Origin: a virus
IMG/VR virus record: IMGVR_UViG_3300032053_000039
Location: 1-64,000 of that record
DNA: 64,000 nucleotides
Strand: one strand, 5' to 3'
Shown here: piece after piece, positions 28,926 through 39,418 of the stretch
Numbering within the stretch: position 1 is the stretch's first letter
Layout of the letters: every line of letters begins with the position of its first letter
The notes under the pieces: model-generated
Database searches by the model: none
Told to the model about the DNA's origin: nothing
The model's input: the letters and a program-made list of their open reading frames with translations, nothing else
Translations under genes and position numbers: made by a program

Positions 28926-31900
28926 TTATCCGCATTTAGAATACCCACATCCAATATCTGAACATTTGAGACAACCCTCAGAAAATCTTAATTTTGATCC
29001 ACAGGTAGGACAAACTTCTTGAGCATCCAATCCATCCTCTACATATTTTTTGAGTGTTCGAGCGAGGACTTTAGCAAAATGGGTTACATCACCTTCTGCC
29101 TTATTAAGCATTATAAGAACTTCATCCAGAGGAACTCCTGATTGTAAATGCAAAGAGATGGATCGAGCAAAAGCATCATGCTCTTTATTATAAAAGGATT
29201 TCCCTATATTGTTTATAAGAACTTCGTCATCATATTCAAAAGAATAATGTTTTGTTCCTTGCCTTTTAATAAATCCATCTTCTATTTTCTTAGGAATACA
29301 AACATCATCAACTGCTCCAGCAAACATTTCAAATGGTTTACCTTCCATAAGACTTACAAAAACAATCCATTTATGACCTTGATACATAACTCTGTGAATC
29401 TCGCAAGGAAGGGTAGGAGGCCTTTTTGGGATAGCTCTATAGACGATACCCTCTATTTTATCTTTTTTATCAGAATCGTGAATGAGTATTCCTTCTCTAC
29501 ATCCATCCCGATAGACAGTAACTCCAATAATTCCCCTTTTATGAGCATCTAAAAACACACCAGCTACATCTTCCTTAGTAGCATTACTAGGTAAATTAAT
29601 AGTTTTACTTGCTGATAACGAAACATTAACTGCGGTAGCTTCTAAAATGCTTAGGTGTTCCATAGGTGTTAAATCTCCTGCGGTTAAAAATACTTTCTTC
29701 ATATCATCTGGTATATCTTTACATTTCTGGCATGAGCCTTTATTTTCAGAAACCTCCTTAAGTATCTTTTGTTTTATTTTATCATCAAAATTATCAATGA
29801 GATATTTTTCAAATACAGAATCTCCAATACAAACAACATCATATTGTTTTACTCCCTCTTTTATACCAGTTTCTATTTTACGTGAATAAGATAAAGCAAA
29901 GACGGGTTCGATTCCTCCAGATACTTCGGCGATGTATGCAATACTTCCAGTTGGTGCTATAGAAGTGCAGCAACTATTTCTAATTCCGTGTTTTTTAATA
30001 TCACTTCTAAGTTCTTCTATATTAATATTTCTACAGGATTTGTGTTTAAAAAATCTTTCGTTAGCCTTTATAAAAAGATCATAGTCAAACGCTTCATAGG
30101 ATCCTTCTATTTTAGATAATTCTACAGATTCTTGCATAGACCTTAAAGTAAGATAACGAATAACCTCTTCAGTAAATTTAAAAGCTTTATCAGAGTTATA
30201 TGGTATTTCTTTTTTATAGAGAGCATGAGCAAGACCCATAACACCAAGACCAATTGGTCGTGTTTTTAATGTAACTTCTTTTATTTTTTTTATAGGAAAC
30301 TTATTTTTATCAATAGTGCTATTTATAAATCGAGTTGCTTTTACTATTATTTCTTCGAATTCATCCCAATTAAATTTTTTACCTTCAACTAAAGATGATA
30401 AGTTTATAGAACCAAGGGCGCAACTTGTATATGGAATATTGGTAAATTCTGAGCAATTCGAGCATACAACATATTCTATACACTTTTTATTTTTTTTATT
30501 TAAATACTCTCTTCCGCCTATTAAAAAATTGTGTGTTTCCTCAACAGTACCATCGTATACATCTTCTTTACCAATATATTTTATTGATATTATTTTATGA
30601 TTATAAGAATCCCCAATAGCTTTTTTTAATTCAAATTTATGTTTATAATTTTTAATATTTTTTTCTGCTAAATATATTAAATCTTTAGCAAATCTTACTT
30701 TATTTATATTATCTTTCAAATAAGAAAGAGACGGACAAAAAATATTATTATTCCGAATAACAGTTCTTGCTCCTTTATACTCTTTACCGAAATTAAGATA
30801 AGTATTACCAAGTTTTTTATAGGCTCTAAACATCTCTAAAGTTAATTTTAATCTTCTTTTGGTATTTGGATGGTCCAAATACTTTTTTGAAAATTTAGAA
30901 TTTTCAAACATAAAAGGTTTTTGTATTTCTTTAACACAACAATAATGAGAACAAAATGTTATTTGCCTTCTATCATAGTCTACAATGAATTCCTTTCCAC
31001 AATATTCACATTTTTTATATATTATAAAATTTAAAGATTTTTTATCAAATTTAAATATTTGTTCTCCGGACACCAGATTATTATACTGTTTCAAAAGTTT
31101 ATTATATGTTATAGATTCTATATATTTAACTTTAGCAAGATCACAATATTCTTTAGGATTACTATATCTATATTTATTTCCTTTATTATTGGTATTTAAG
31201 AGAGGAAGATTTAAACTCTTCCACATTTGAAGAGTAAAGAAATTGTAAAGAGTATTTTTAGAGTATTTTTTTATTAACCTAACAATTTCTTCATTTGATA
31301 TATTTTTAGAATTACTGTTTTTTAAACCTTGGTTTAATTCTCTTTGTTTTCTAATCCAGGAATCTCTATCTTTAATTTTAAATACTGGATTGTTTTTACC
31401 AAGTTTATCCTTTCCATGTAATTGGTCATGAGTTTTATAATCCATTATTTGTAAATTTTCTGGTCTGTTGTCTAGAGAGTCATAATTAATATGATGAACA
31501 ACTTCTCCCTCAGAAAGTAATTTACCTGAAAAATATGCTGCAATAAGTCTATGTTCTGATTTTGTAATTCCATTGGTGGTAATAGTACAATATTCTTTTT
31601 TCTTAGAAACGGATTTACTATAATTTTTTATTATGGATTTTATACTACTTCCTTTTTTTAAATCTTTTAATGGAACCATAACACCAGAGGTAGTTAAGAA
31701 TTCATGATTATTTGTGCATTTTATAATCAAGCCACTATCAAAAGAAACTTCATAAATATCAGCGTTTTTTTGTGTGAGTCTGGGATTTAAAAATTTCTTA
31801 ATTCTCAAATCTCCTTGTTTATCTAAAGTATATACAGGAACATCTTTTTCTTCATCTACTAGTTGCTTAATAGAAATAGAACCTCTTCCATCTGCGACTG

Positions 31901-34025
31901 CTATGAGAGTATCCCCTGTTATACATGGATTTGAGATTACAGTTTTATTGATATTAGTAACAGTACACTGCCTATAAGCTATATCCATATTAAAAATTCC
32001 TGGTTCTGCGACCGACCAGGCATTTTCTACAATAGCATCCCACAACTGTTTTATTGTTACCATCTCCCCTTCTGAATCTAACAAAGCCATTGTGGCTCCA
32101 TCTGTAACATTTTTTATAGTGTGAGGAATCTCTGGATTTTCTTCCAAGTCTTTATAAAAGCTATCAGGAATCATTACAGAAAAATTAAGTCTATTGAATT
32201 TACTCAAATTCTTTTTTGCTTCTATAAATTCTAGTATAGACGGATGATCTATTGTAAGGAGACCCATCGCAGCACCCCTGCGACTATTGTGAGTAACAAT
32301 CCCATTAGCTATGTAAGAATGAACGTCTTCCACATTTATATCATAGGTTTCATTTTCTCCAGTATCTTCTATTTTTACTACTTTACTAAAAAAGTAATCT
32401 CCAACTTCAGGAATAAGATTAAAAGCAAATTCTTTTTTCTCTTTTAAGTGCTGGTATGAAGATATACTAAAATTTCTTTCATTCCTAAAATATCTTTTTA
32501 TCTCTTTTTTTAGTTTTTTATGACTTTCTGGTTTATAATGATTTTTGTCTATTTCTTCTAAAACTTTAGAAAACCAATACCGAGGAAAGGGAAGAACATA
32601 GCTTTTTTCTCGAGTTAGATCACATTTCCAATTTTTACATTCCATGAAACGTGATTTTTCATCACAGCTTATAATCTTTTTCCAATTTTCTAATCCTACG
32701 TAAGATAGTATTTTTAAACTATGTATAAATTCTTCTTTGCTGAAACAATTTTTCCCATGTTTAGTTAAAAAAATACTATTTGGGCAACCCAGTTCAAATA
32801 AAATAGCAGATACTTCTTTTATGAGAACAAAAGATGATGAGTTTAATTGAGGGTATCCATGACTAACTGAACCATCTGATTCAAAAAGACCTCTTAAATA
32901 CATTCCTTTTATCGAAATAGGACTTTTTCTAATTAATAAAGGAATTGACGCAGTATTACTTTTGCTTTTATTTAATTTATTTAAAATGAGAAATTCCTTT
33001 AATTTTTTATTCGATATAGTGATATTTACACAATCACCTTTCCCTCTTTGAGTATAAAAAGATATATCTCCAAATACTTTTTTCAATTTTTTAGGAAAGT
33101 CTTCTACCAAATAACTTTTGAGGGGAATGGTAAAAACAATTCTATAATCTTTTTCTTTTGATGCTACAGATCCATTTCCTGTAAGATATCCAAGAATAAA
33201 TGCAAAATCTTCTGTTATTTCTTTAGGTAAGCTAATATCATTTTCATTAAAATGATTATATCTAGACTCATCTAATTGTTGTAATTTTTGAATTACTCCA
33301 TTTCCTGATTTTAATTTGATTACAGCAAAGTCTCCTTTTTTAACATCTTGAAGCTCTTTCCAAATGAATCCATTTTCTGAAAATATTTTTATTTTATGAT
33401 TATATGTCCCTTCAAGCTCTATTCCTTCTTCTGTTATAATTTTTAATGTGCTCGCAATACCGTTACAGTAAAATCCTTTAGAGTCTTTAATACCATTTTC
33501 GGTGTCTATTTTTATACTATGATCATGCCAACCATAATCTCTATTGCTTATTATTTCATCTAAATATAATAAGCCTTCTTGAGTAGAGATAAGAGATCTT
33601 CCTATGAGACATCCTGACTGATTAACACCATCAAGCATTTCATTAAATATTGCTATAAAAGGGAGAGGTCCTGAGCTGGTTCTACCATTAAGGGTTTTAA
33701 TTTCTTCTTTTGATCCTCGTAACCTAAAGTATGGAATTCCTATTCCACCTCCCATCTTTGTAACAATAGCACATTCTTTTAATGATTCAAATATTCCCTC
33801 AATACTATCTTCTATATCCATAGGGAAGCACGAACTAAGAGTTCCCACTCTTTCATTAGTCCCTCCGTTCATCAAAGTCGGAGATGAAGGAATAAATTTC
33901 ATTTGTTCTAGGTATGGATAGATATCAGGATATATTTTTGAGATTCGCTTAGCTAATTCCTCCCAGGTATTTTCACTTGATAGAAAATATCTATCTCTAA
34001 GCAATTTTACAATAGATTCATTCAT
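28926..34025 (-). CDS. nrdJ: class II (B12-dependent) ribonucleotide reductase with two inteins
   Basis: PSSPTLMN, LSSCF, QSG|SRRGAAM, NP|CSE, CALGSINL, RPIGLG, IAPTGS, SKTINLP, TVYRDG; C-terminal CPTC...C..C. Confidence 0.93.
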   Translation of the reverse strand: MNESIVKLLRDRYFLSSENTWEELAKRISKIYPDIYPYLEQMKFIPSSPTLMNGGTNERVGTLSSCFPMDIEDSIEGIFESLKECAIVTKMGGGIGIPYFRLRGSKEEIKTLNGRTSSGPLPFIAIFNEMLDGVNQSGCLIGRSLISTQEGLLYLDEIISNRDYGWHDHSIKIDTENGIKDSKGFYCNGIASTLKIITEEGIELEGTYNHKIKIFSENGFIWKELQDVKKGDFAVIKLKSGNGVIQKLQQLDESRYNHFNENDISLPKEITEDFAFILGYLTGNGSVASKEKDYRIVFTIPLKSYLVEDFPKKLKKVFGDISFYTQRGKGDCVNITISNKKLKEFLILNKLNKSKSNTASIPLLIRKSPISIKGMYLRGLFESDGSVSHGYPQLNSSSFVLIKEVSAILFELGCPNSIFLTKHGKNCFSKEEFIHSLKILSYVGLENWKKIISCDEKSRFMECKNWKCDLTREKSYVLPFPRYWFSKVLEEIDKNHYKPESHKKLKKEIKRYFRNERNFSISSYQHLKEKKEFAFNLIPEVGDYFFSKVVKIEDTGENETYDINVEDVHSYIANGIVTHNSRRGAAMGLLTIDHPSILEFIEAKKNLSKFNRLNFSVMIPDSFYKDLEENPEIPHTIKNVTDGATMALLDSEGEMVTIKQLWDAIVENAWSVAEPGIFNMDIAYRQCTVTNINKTVISNPCITGDTLIAVADGRGSISIKQLVDEEKDVPVYTLDKQGDLRIKKFLNPRLTQKNADIYEVSFDSGLIIKCTNNHEFLTTSGVMVPLKDLKKGSSIKSIIKNYSKSVSKKKEYCTITTNGITKSEHRLIAAYFSGKLLSEGEVVHHINYDSLDNRPENLQIMDYKTHDQLHGKDKLGKNNPVFKIKDRDSWIRKQRELNQGLKNSNSKNISNEEIVRLIKKYSKNTLYNFFTLQMWKSLNLPLLNTNNKGNKYRYSNPKEYCDLAKVKYIESITYNKLLKQYNNLVSGEQIFKFDKKSLNFIIYKKCEYCGKEFIVDYDRRQITFCSHYCCVKEIQKPFMFENSKFSKKYLDHPNTKRRLKLTLEMFRAYKKLGNTYLNFGKEYKGARTVIRNNNIFCPSLSYLKDNINKVRFAKDLIYLAEKNIKNYKHKFELKKAIGDSYNHKIISIKYIGKEDVYDGTVEETHNFLIGGREYLNKKNKKCIEYVVCSNCSEFTNIPYTSCALGSINLSSLVEGKKFNWDEFEEIIVKATRFINSTIDKNKFPIKKIKEVTLKTRPIGLGVMGLAHALYKKEIPYNSDKAFKFTEEVIRYLTLRSMQESVELSKIEGSYEAFDYDLFIKANERFFKHKSCRNINIEELRSDIKKHGIRNSCCTSIAPTGSIAYIAEVSGGIEPVFALSYSRKIETGIKEGVKQYDVVCIGDSVFEKYLIDNFDDKIKQKILKEVSENKGSCQKCKDIPDDMKKVFLTAGDLTPMEHLSILEATAVNVSLSASKTINLPSNATKEDVAGVFLDAHKRGIIGVTVYRDGCREGILIHDSDKKDKIEGIVYRAIPKRPPTLPCEIHRVMYQGHKWIVFVSLMEGKPFEMFAGAVDDVCIPKKIEDGFIKRQGTKHYSFEYDDEVLINNIGKSFYNKEHDAFARSISLHLQSGVPLDEVLIMLNKAEGDVTHFAKVLARTLKKYVEDGLDAQEVCPTCGSKLRFSEGCLKCSDIGCGYSKCG
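30456..31925 (-). mobile_element. HNH intein 2 of NrdJ at the catalytic NPCxE (490 aa)
   Basis: starts CITGDTLI, CTNNH, VHHINYDSLDNRPENL, ends VVCSN before Cys. Confidence 0.9.
32286..33611 (-). mobile_element. LAGLIDADG intein 1 of NrdJ (442 aa)
   Basis: starts CLIGRSLI, YLRGLFESDG, ends VTHN before Ser. Confidence 0.92.
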
Positions 34026-34113
34026 ATTATATCTCCCCCGAGGTATTGGTTCTTATTTTTTATTCATATAATCTTTCTATAATAAAATCGAAAGTATACT
34101 AAGGATACTTAAG

Positions 34114-34902
34114 TTACATCTTCTTATTTAAATCTTGCATTAAATCTCCAAGCCATATTGCGAAAGAATGTTCTGCTATTATTGCACTGGAATCTCCCCA
34201 AGTTATTTTCTCAAGCCCCCATTTTTTTGTATAAACATTCATATCACAATATCTTACCAAGCCATTGCAAGTATCATAAACCATAGCAATATGTTGATTA
34301 TTTCCTCCTAAATCAAGCATGATTATATCTCCTGATTTGATTTCCTGGATATTCTTTCTTATCTTAAGCTCTCCTCGTTCGGATAAGTTTTGTACTCTCC
34401 TTTTGAATGTAGAAATACCCTCTAATTCCATATTAGAACCCCATCCTCGAAAATACACGTAAACCGAACCTACACAATCTGCCTGTTTGCTTTTAGGATC
34501 TCCACTTAATGCATAGTTCCAATCTTTAAACATCCAGATCCATTTCATTAACTTTTCTTCAGGAGATGCTTGCACAAATCGATCATAAGATAATTTTAAA
34601 TCTGCAATCCTATTTAATGTATTAAACTTATTTCCAAATATATCCGAATTTGTATTGCTTGAATATTTCCATACAGTAGATATAACCGAAATACAAACAA
34701 TTACGGTTACAATAGCAATAAGAGAAAGCCAGTTTATATTTTTAATAGGATAATGTATGAATTGCCAAATCTTTGAGGGAAAATTCTTAAAAAAGTCTTT
34801 TATTTCTTTTTTAGAATCTTTCTGTTTGAGTTCTTTTAGAAGTACTTTCTTTTCTTCCGTATAAGAAGACTCGAAGCTATTTGATTGTTTCTCTGCTTCC
34901 AC
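34114..34902 (-). CDS. membrane-anchored NlpC/P60 (papain-like) hydrolase
   Basis: TM helix LSLIAIVTVIVCISVI; ADCVGSV; GDII...HIAMV. Confidence 0.6.
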   Translation of the reverse strand: MEAEKQSNSFESSYTEEKKVLLKELKQKDSKKEIKDFFKNFPSKIWQFIHYPIKNINWLSLIAIVTVIVCISVISTVWKYSSNTNSDIFGNKFNTLNRIADLKLSYDRFVQASPEEKLMKWIWMFKDWNYALSGDPKSKQADCVGSVYVYFRGWGSNMELEGISTFKRRVQNLSERGELKIRKNIQEIKSGDIIMLDLGGNNQHIAMVYDTCNGLVRYCDMNVYTKKWGLEKITWGDSSAIIAEHSFAIWLGDLMQDLNKKM

Positions 34903-35012
34903 TGGAATACCCCCGGGGTATGAATATTTAGTAATACTTATTTTATTTTTATTTTAGGGAAAAGTATTACTTAGTAAATGATAGAATCATTTACTAACGA
35001 TATTGAGATGGT

Positions 35013-35300
35013 TCATTTTGTATAGTTTAGTATAAATCGAATATGATCTTTATACACTCGTTGATTGTTAAGATCTTTTCCAAATACAGGGCCGTGAGTT
35101 TCTCTTTTTTTTCTTCCTCCAATCCACTCAGCGTCTACGAATGTGTAATAATCTCCTTCTAGTTTAAATAACTCTATATAACCTTTCTTACTACGGCTAT
35201 TAATATAGGTTTCTGCCTCAGATTTTGTATCACATCCCATAAAAGCATGATATGTCATATCTCTAGCAAGATAAATAGTTTTTGGTAAAGATCCCTTCAT
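35013..35300 (-). CDS. hypothetical protein
   Basis: GGAGG RBS; 95 aa. Confidence 0.65.
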   Translation of the reverse strand: MKGSLPKTIYLARDMTYHAFMGCDTKSEAETYINSRSKKGYIELFKLEGDYYTFVDAEWIGGRKKRETHGPVFGKDLNNQRVYKDHIRFILNYTK

Positions 35301-35311
35301 ATAAACCTCCC

Positions 35312-35587
35312 TTAATCTTTTGCTTCTTCAGTCCTTTCTTCTCCATGATGTTCTTGATGACATTTTCGACACCAGATCTTACATTTAGCAGCCTCTTTCT
35401 TAAATTTTTCTGGAGACCAGGACCAAATTTTGTGACTTATTTTTTCATCTTTATCTTTATGATGCATTTCTAGGTTTTTCTTAGAACCGCACTTCTCGCA
35501 CTTTTTGTCTTTAAAGAAATCTCTTTTTTTCTTTTCAAGCCATTGTCGTTGATATTCTTGTTTATCTTCCAATTTTTTAAATGGCAC
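35312..35587 (-). CDS. small HNH endonuclease
   Basis: CEKCGSKKNLEMHH...CRKCHQEHH. Confidence 0.85.
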   Translation of the reverse strand: MPFKKLEDKQEYQRQWLEKKKRDFFKDKKCEKCGSKKNLEMHHKDKDEKISHKIWSWSPEKFKKEAAKCKIWCRKCHQEHHGEERTEEAKD

Positions 35588-35641
35588 AATTTCCTCCTAA
35601 CAGTATGTTGTTTTAATATCTAAAGAAAAATAATAATTTTA

Positions 35642-35917
35642 TTAATATAGAAAATCTTCAACAAATATGGGAGTTTGATCTCCCATATAGGAACCATCGA
35701 CGTTAAAATCAAAATATTCAATAGCTTCTTCAAGGCTCATATCCTTAGATAATATATCAATACATTTTGATTTGGAATATACTACTCTAAGAGTTTTTGT
35801 GCAAACTCCTATAATAGCAGGATTAAAGTTATCGGCAAATAGGAAAGTATCTTCTGGGAAGGACTCGATGATTAGATCTTGGACAGAGGTAGTATCCTTT
35901 TTATTGTATGTATTCAT
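35642..35917 (-). CDS. phage hypothetical protein
   Basis: AIIG...VVYS..KCI..L...MS.EEA.EYFDFN..GSYMG..TP.F, a pattern I recognise from other phage proteins. Confidence 0.7.
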   Translation of the reverse strand: MNTYNKKDTTSVQDLIIESFPEDTFLFADNFNPAIIGVCTKTLRVVYSKSKCIDILSKDMSLEEAIEYFDFNVDGSYMGDQTPIFVEDFLY

Positions 35918-36113
35918 ATTAATATCTCTTATATCATATTTGGATAAAGCTGGTTCTTAGATCTACCAATTACAACGTGAAACTGTTCAATATCTGGAAC
36001 AAAGGAATGTTCATGAAATTTAAAATCATTAGAATTTTCTACAATAAGAACTCGGCTACAAATATCTGAACAGTATCAGACTTCTTTATAATTAGTAATG
36101 CTAAGAAGTCTAT

Positions 36114-36512
36114 TCATTTTGTGACCGCATTTGCATTTAATTTCTTTTTCTCTTTTAGTTCTGGATAGAATATGATAATATCGTCGCCTAGTATAGATTT
36201 TTTTATTATTTTAGCGTTCCAGGTTTGGAAATTTGTAAGAGACTCAAGAGTTTTCCCGGCATTATCCACAGTTGTTGATAACTGTATCCATTGAATCTGA
36301 TCAGATGAGTAGGGTGTTCCGTTTATAACGACAGTGCTTTGAGATTGGCCTTGAAGATTAAGAGTATTTATACTTTTATCTATTTTCAATCCCCCACCCA
36401 AAATAAAATAAACATTAAGAGATATAGATACAAGTAAAAATAGTGTTATCGCAATAAATGCTGCTTTCGTAAATTTGTCTTTTATGAAATTTAAAAAATT
36501 GGTTCCTGGCAT
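36114..36512 (-). CDS. membrane protein
   Basis: N-terminal TM helix. Confidence 0.65.
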   Translation of the reverse strand: MPGTNFLNFIKDKFTKAAFIAITLFLLVSISLNVYFILGGGLKIDKSINTLNLQGQSQSTVVINGTPYSSDQIQWIQLSTTVDNAGKTLESLTNFQTWNAKIIKKSILGDDIIIFYPELKEKKKLNANAVTK

Positions 36513-36752
36513 TCCTTTTTCCTATTATATAAATAATAATAAATATCCCCAAATAACTTAAGTCTATAAAACACAAATACCGTAATTTTTTGTAAATTTC
36601 TTATTTTTTATAACACAATGAGTCTTCTTCCGAGAAGAAGAGGATTCAAAATTAAAACGAAGACAATAAACTTATTATGTATAAAAATTTTTTAATAATA
36701 ATTAATACTACAATGCTTCATATAAGTTTTTTAATAAATTTCATAATATATA

Positions 36753-37004
36753 TTATTCATACTCAACAACAGCTTGTCTGCAAAAATCTATAAGTTGAAT
36801 ATATGTTTTAGTATCACAATTTTCTTTTCCAGTAAGATTATATTCAACTAATTTTAGATCTAGGCACTTTTTGAAATCTTCATTAATGTCTAAACATTTT
36901 TTCTTTGTAGGTTCTCGACAGATAAAGAATATTACAAACAATAGAAATAAACATAGAGCAATAGCAGCTCCTCTTTTAGCCCCCTTTTTCATATAACACC
37001 TCAT
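36753..37004 (-). CDS. small exported or membrane Cys-containing protein
   Basis: hydrophobic N-terminus; several Cys. Confidence 0.55.
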   Translation of the reverse strand: MRCYMKKGAKRGAAIALCLFLLFVIFFICREPTKKKCLDINEDFKKCLDLKLVEYNLTGKENCDTKTYIQLIDFCRQAVVEYE

Positions 37005-37126
37005 ATAGTTTAAATATAAATTTAGTTTTATATTTTATTTATACACTTTATTTCTATTTTCTTTATGTCTTTATCAATAGGGTATATCCAAGCGTAAAGA
37101 CTGAAGGAATATCCTTTATCTCTAGA

Positions 37127-37468
37127 CTAATCTTCTTCGGCTCTAAGTATTTTCCTATAAATAGATATCCTTGGAATTCTAAATCCATACACTAAGAAAC
37201 TATATGTTTTGCCTTTTTCTATTTTATCATATATTCCAAAATTAAATTTGTCGTTAGTTTTATCTGACTCTACAAAAATTTCTTTATCTGTTACTATTGT
37301 ATATGTTACTTCAAAATTCTTATTTTTTTCAATCGTATCTATTTTTTTATCTAACACTTTAGCAATAACAATATCTATAGCATTATAGTATATAACAGGA
37401 ACAATTGTAAAAAAATTAATAGATCCTACGAGCACAAATAGCAAAAAAGTCATTAATGCTAACTTCAT
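37127..37468 (-). CDS. membrane-anchored phage protein
   Basis: TM helix then IYDKIEKGKTYSFLVYGFRIP..S.YR. Confidence 0.65.
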   Translation of the reverse strand: MKLALMTFLLFVLVGSINFFTIVPVIYYNAIDIVIAKVLDKKIDTIEKNKNFEVTYTIVTDKEIFVESDKTNDKFNFGIYDKIEKGKTYSFLVYGFRIPRISIYRKILRAEED

Positions 37469-37543
37469 TAAAATATGATTCCTATAGTAGAATTTATTTT
37501 GAAAAGATATCTTTATTATAATAATACATAATTTTTATTTTTT

Positions 37544-37804
37544 TTAAGGTGTGTCTATACATTTAATTTTGTTTGCATTATTATCAAGCATGGGTATTCC
37601 TATAAGCTTCTCGGGCCAGGTATGATAATAATATCCCAAGATACATTTTACTTCGAATACCTCTTCAACATTAATTCCCCTTTGCCTAAATTCATTAAAT
37701 CTCCAATCAAGTACAATTGGAGCATCTTTCGTTGTTTTAACAAAGAGTATTAGAATAGTGATTATAGTTATCACTATTAAAAAATTTTTCATATAGACCC
37801 CCAT
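37544..37804 (-). CDS. small membrane protein
   Basis: N-terminal hydrophobic helix. Confidence 0.55.
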   Translation of the reverse strand: MGVYMKNFLIVITIITILILFVKTTKDAPIVLDWRFNEFRQRGINVEEVFEVKCILGYYYHTWPEKLIGIPMLDNNANKIKCIDTP

Positions 37805-37836
37805 TTATGAAAAAATTTTATGTTGTAAGATCTCGC

Positions 37837-38079
37837 TTAGTTCAGTCCAATTCTGTAAGTTCTTTTGTTTTTATTTATTTTTACTTTTCGATTTTGTTCT
37901 TCTTCTTCTATATCAAAAGTGCTATATTTAATATATCCAGCTATAATACCAAGTTCATCTATAGATGAATTTATTCGGCTCATAATATCGTTAATTAAAT
38001 CAAAGTCGTTTCTAGTATCTAATATTTTTATGTTCATTACTAAATTGGCATTGATCCTTTTTTCCATCAAATCCTCCAT
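37837..38079 (-). CDS. hypothetical protein
   Basis: ORF track; co-oriented. Confidence 0.55.
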   Translation of the reverse strand: MEDLMEKRINANLVMNIKILDTRNDFDLINDIMSRINSSIDELGIIAGYIKYSTFDIEEEEQNRKVKINKNKRTYRIGLN

Positions 38080-38517
38080 TTAATTATAAACAGTGTTTTT
38101 ATAGGATTCTATTAGTTCTTGAGATTTTTTTAATAATTCTATATTTGGTTCTTTTTTTTCTATAAAAAAATGCTTATAGACGAGTACAAATAGCTCTTTG
38201 TTTTCTACTATTCCTTTTATAACATATTTATATTTTTCTGTATCCTTTATAAATCGAGAGATATCCCAAATCCAAAATTTAAGAATCATATTGTTGTAAG
38301 GGATAAACATGTTACTAAGAAGATCATTTAATTCATAAGCAGAATCCTCGTCTTTAATACAAGCAATGATACTTCTTACGAATATATTACAATCAAATGA
38401 TATTTTTTCTTTAAAAACCCATTTTGTTCTAAAGGACAAAAACGATAGTGCTAAAGACAATGCTATAATTATCGAGATTATTATAACCATAACTATAGAG
38501 GCAACGTACAAATTCAT
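38080..38517 (-). CDS. membrane protein
   Basis: N-terminal TM helix; SYNNM-like PYNNMILKFW segment. Confidence 0.65.
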   Translation of the reverse strand: MNLYVASIVMVIIISIIIALSLALSFLSFRTKWVFKEKISFDCNIFVRSIIACIKDEDSAYELNDLLSNMFIPYNNMILKFWIWDISRFIKDTEKYKYVIKGIVENKELFVLVYKHFFIEKKEPNIELLKKSQELIESYKNTVYN

Positions 38518-38638
38518 AACTATTCTCCAATAAGTTTAAAATACAATTTAATCCTATCGGATTTACTCCATACATTATAATTACTATCTCTATTTAAAAT
38601 GTCATCAAAAAACCAATATATCCCATTTTTATCCTCTT

Positions 38639-38682
38639 GCGGAAAGAAGACCCCTTGCTTTAGCTGGGGGATGAATTTTCCG
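38639..38682. mobile_element. orphan IS200/IS605-type terminal hairpin (MITE/REP-like remnant)
   Basis: GC-rich GCGGAAA GAAGACCCCTTGCTTTAGCTGGGGGATGAAT TTTCCGC resembles the CCCC..CTTTAG..GGGG ends of IS200/IS605 elements. Confidence 0.55.
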
Positions 38683-38713
38683 CTAATTTCTTTCAATTCC
38701 ATACATTGCATCA

Positions 38714-38932
38714 TCAAAAGCACTTCGATGAAAAAAAATATAATATGATAGCTAAGGTTACTATAATTAAAGTAGATAAACTTATTATCGCTGCAATTGC
38801 TGTAGCTAAGATACCCTTATCCTCTTTCCAGGCCAACCAAACTCCAATATTGGTTAATATAACTGCAGAGACTCCAAGAAATCCTAAGGATATGAGTAAA
38901 ACCCATATAAGTGATTTTATACTATTGCACAT
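38714..38932 (-). CDS. two-TM small membrane protein
   Basis: two hydrophobic helices. Confidence 0.6.
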   Translation of the reverse strand: MCNSIKSLIWVLLISLGFLGVSAVILTNIGVWLAWKEDKGILATAIAAIISLSTLIIVTLAIILYFFSSKCF

Positions 38933-39072
38933 AAGTTTCTATGGAAAGAGGCACAATACCTGTGTATGTACCTTCAATATTCGTAATTCTATATATTTCA
39001 AATTTGACCAATTCTTGTATCCTGATAATAGAATAATAAAAAAGCACATTATTACTATTTTAAGACAAAATT

Positions 39073-39354
39073 TCATTTTAATAGCTCCTTAGTTTTTTTT
39101 AATTTATCTCTGAGCTGTTTAAGATCTTCTTCTGTTTTATTTATATTACAATTTAATATTTCTATTATCTGTTCTCGTGTTAGTATAGAAAAATTCATAT
39201 CATCCCCATAAATTGATATCTTGTCTCCAGAGTCAAATAGCATATTTATGGACTGTTTTGATGAAAACCCGACAGGTTCATTTGAAGTTTCTATAATTTT
39301 TTTACCTTTTAAGAAATTTGCTACATCGTCTGTTTTTATTTTGTTTGTTCTCAT
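39073..39354 (-). CDS. hypothetical protein
   Basis: ORF track; G-rich RBS. Confidence 0.6.
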   Translation of the reverse strand: MRTNKIKTDDVANFLKGKKIIETSNEPVGFSSKQSINMLFDSGDKISIYGDDMNFSILTREQIIEILNCNINKTEEDLKQLRDKLKKTKELLK

Positions 39355-39418
39355 TATTACACCCCCATATAATTTTACTTCATCGAGGGTTCATATTTTT
39401 ATTTTATTTTTTTTTTAT

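Noticed and set aside
23575-35640. putative late-promoter motif TTTAGATWTTAAA upstream of 23554 and 35587
   Set aside because: only two instances of a very AT-rich word, not distinguishable from chance by eye
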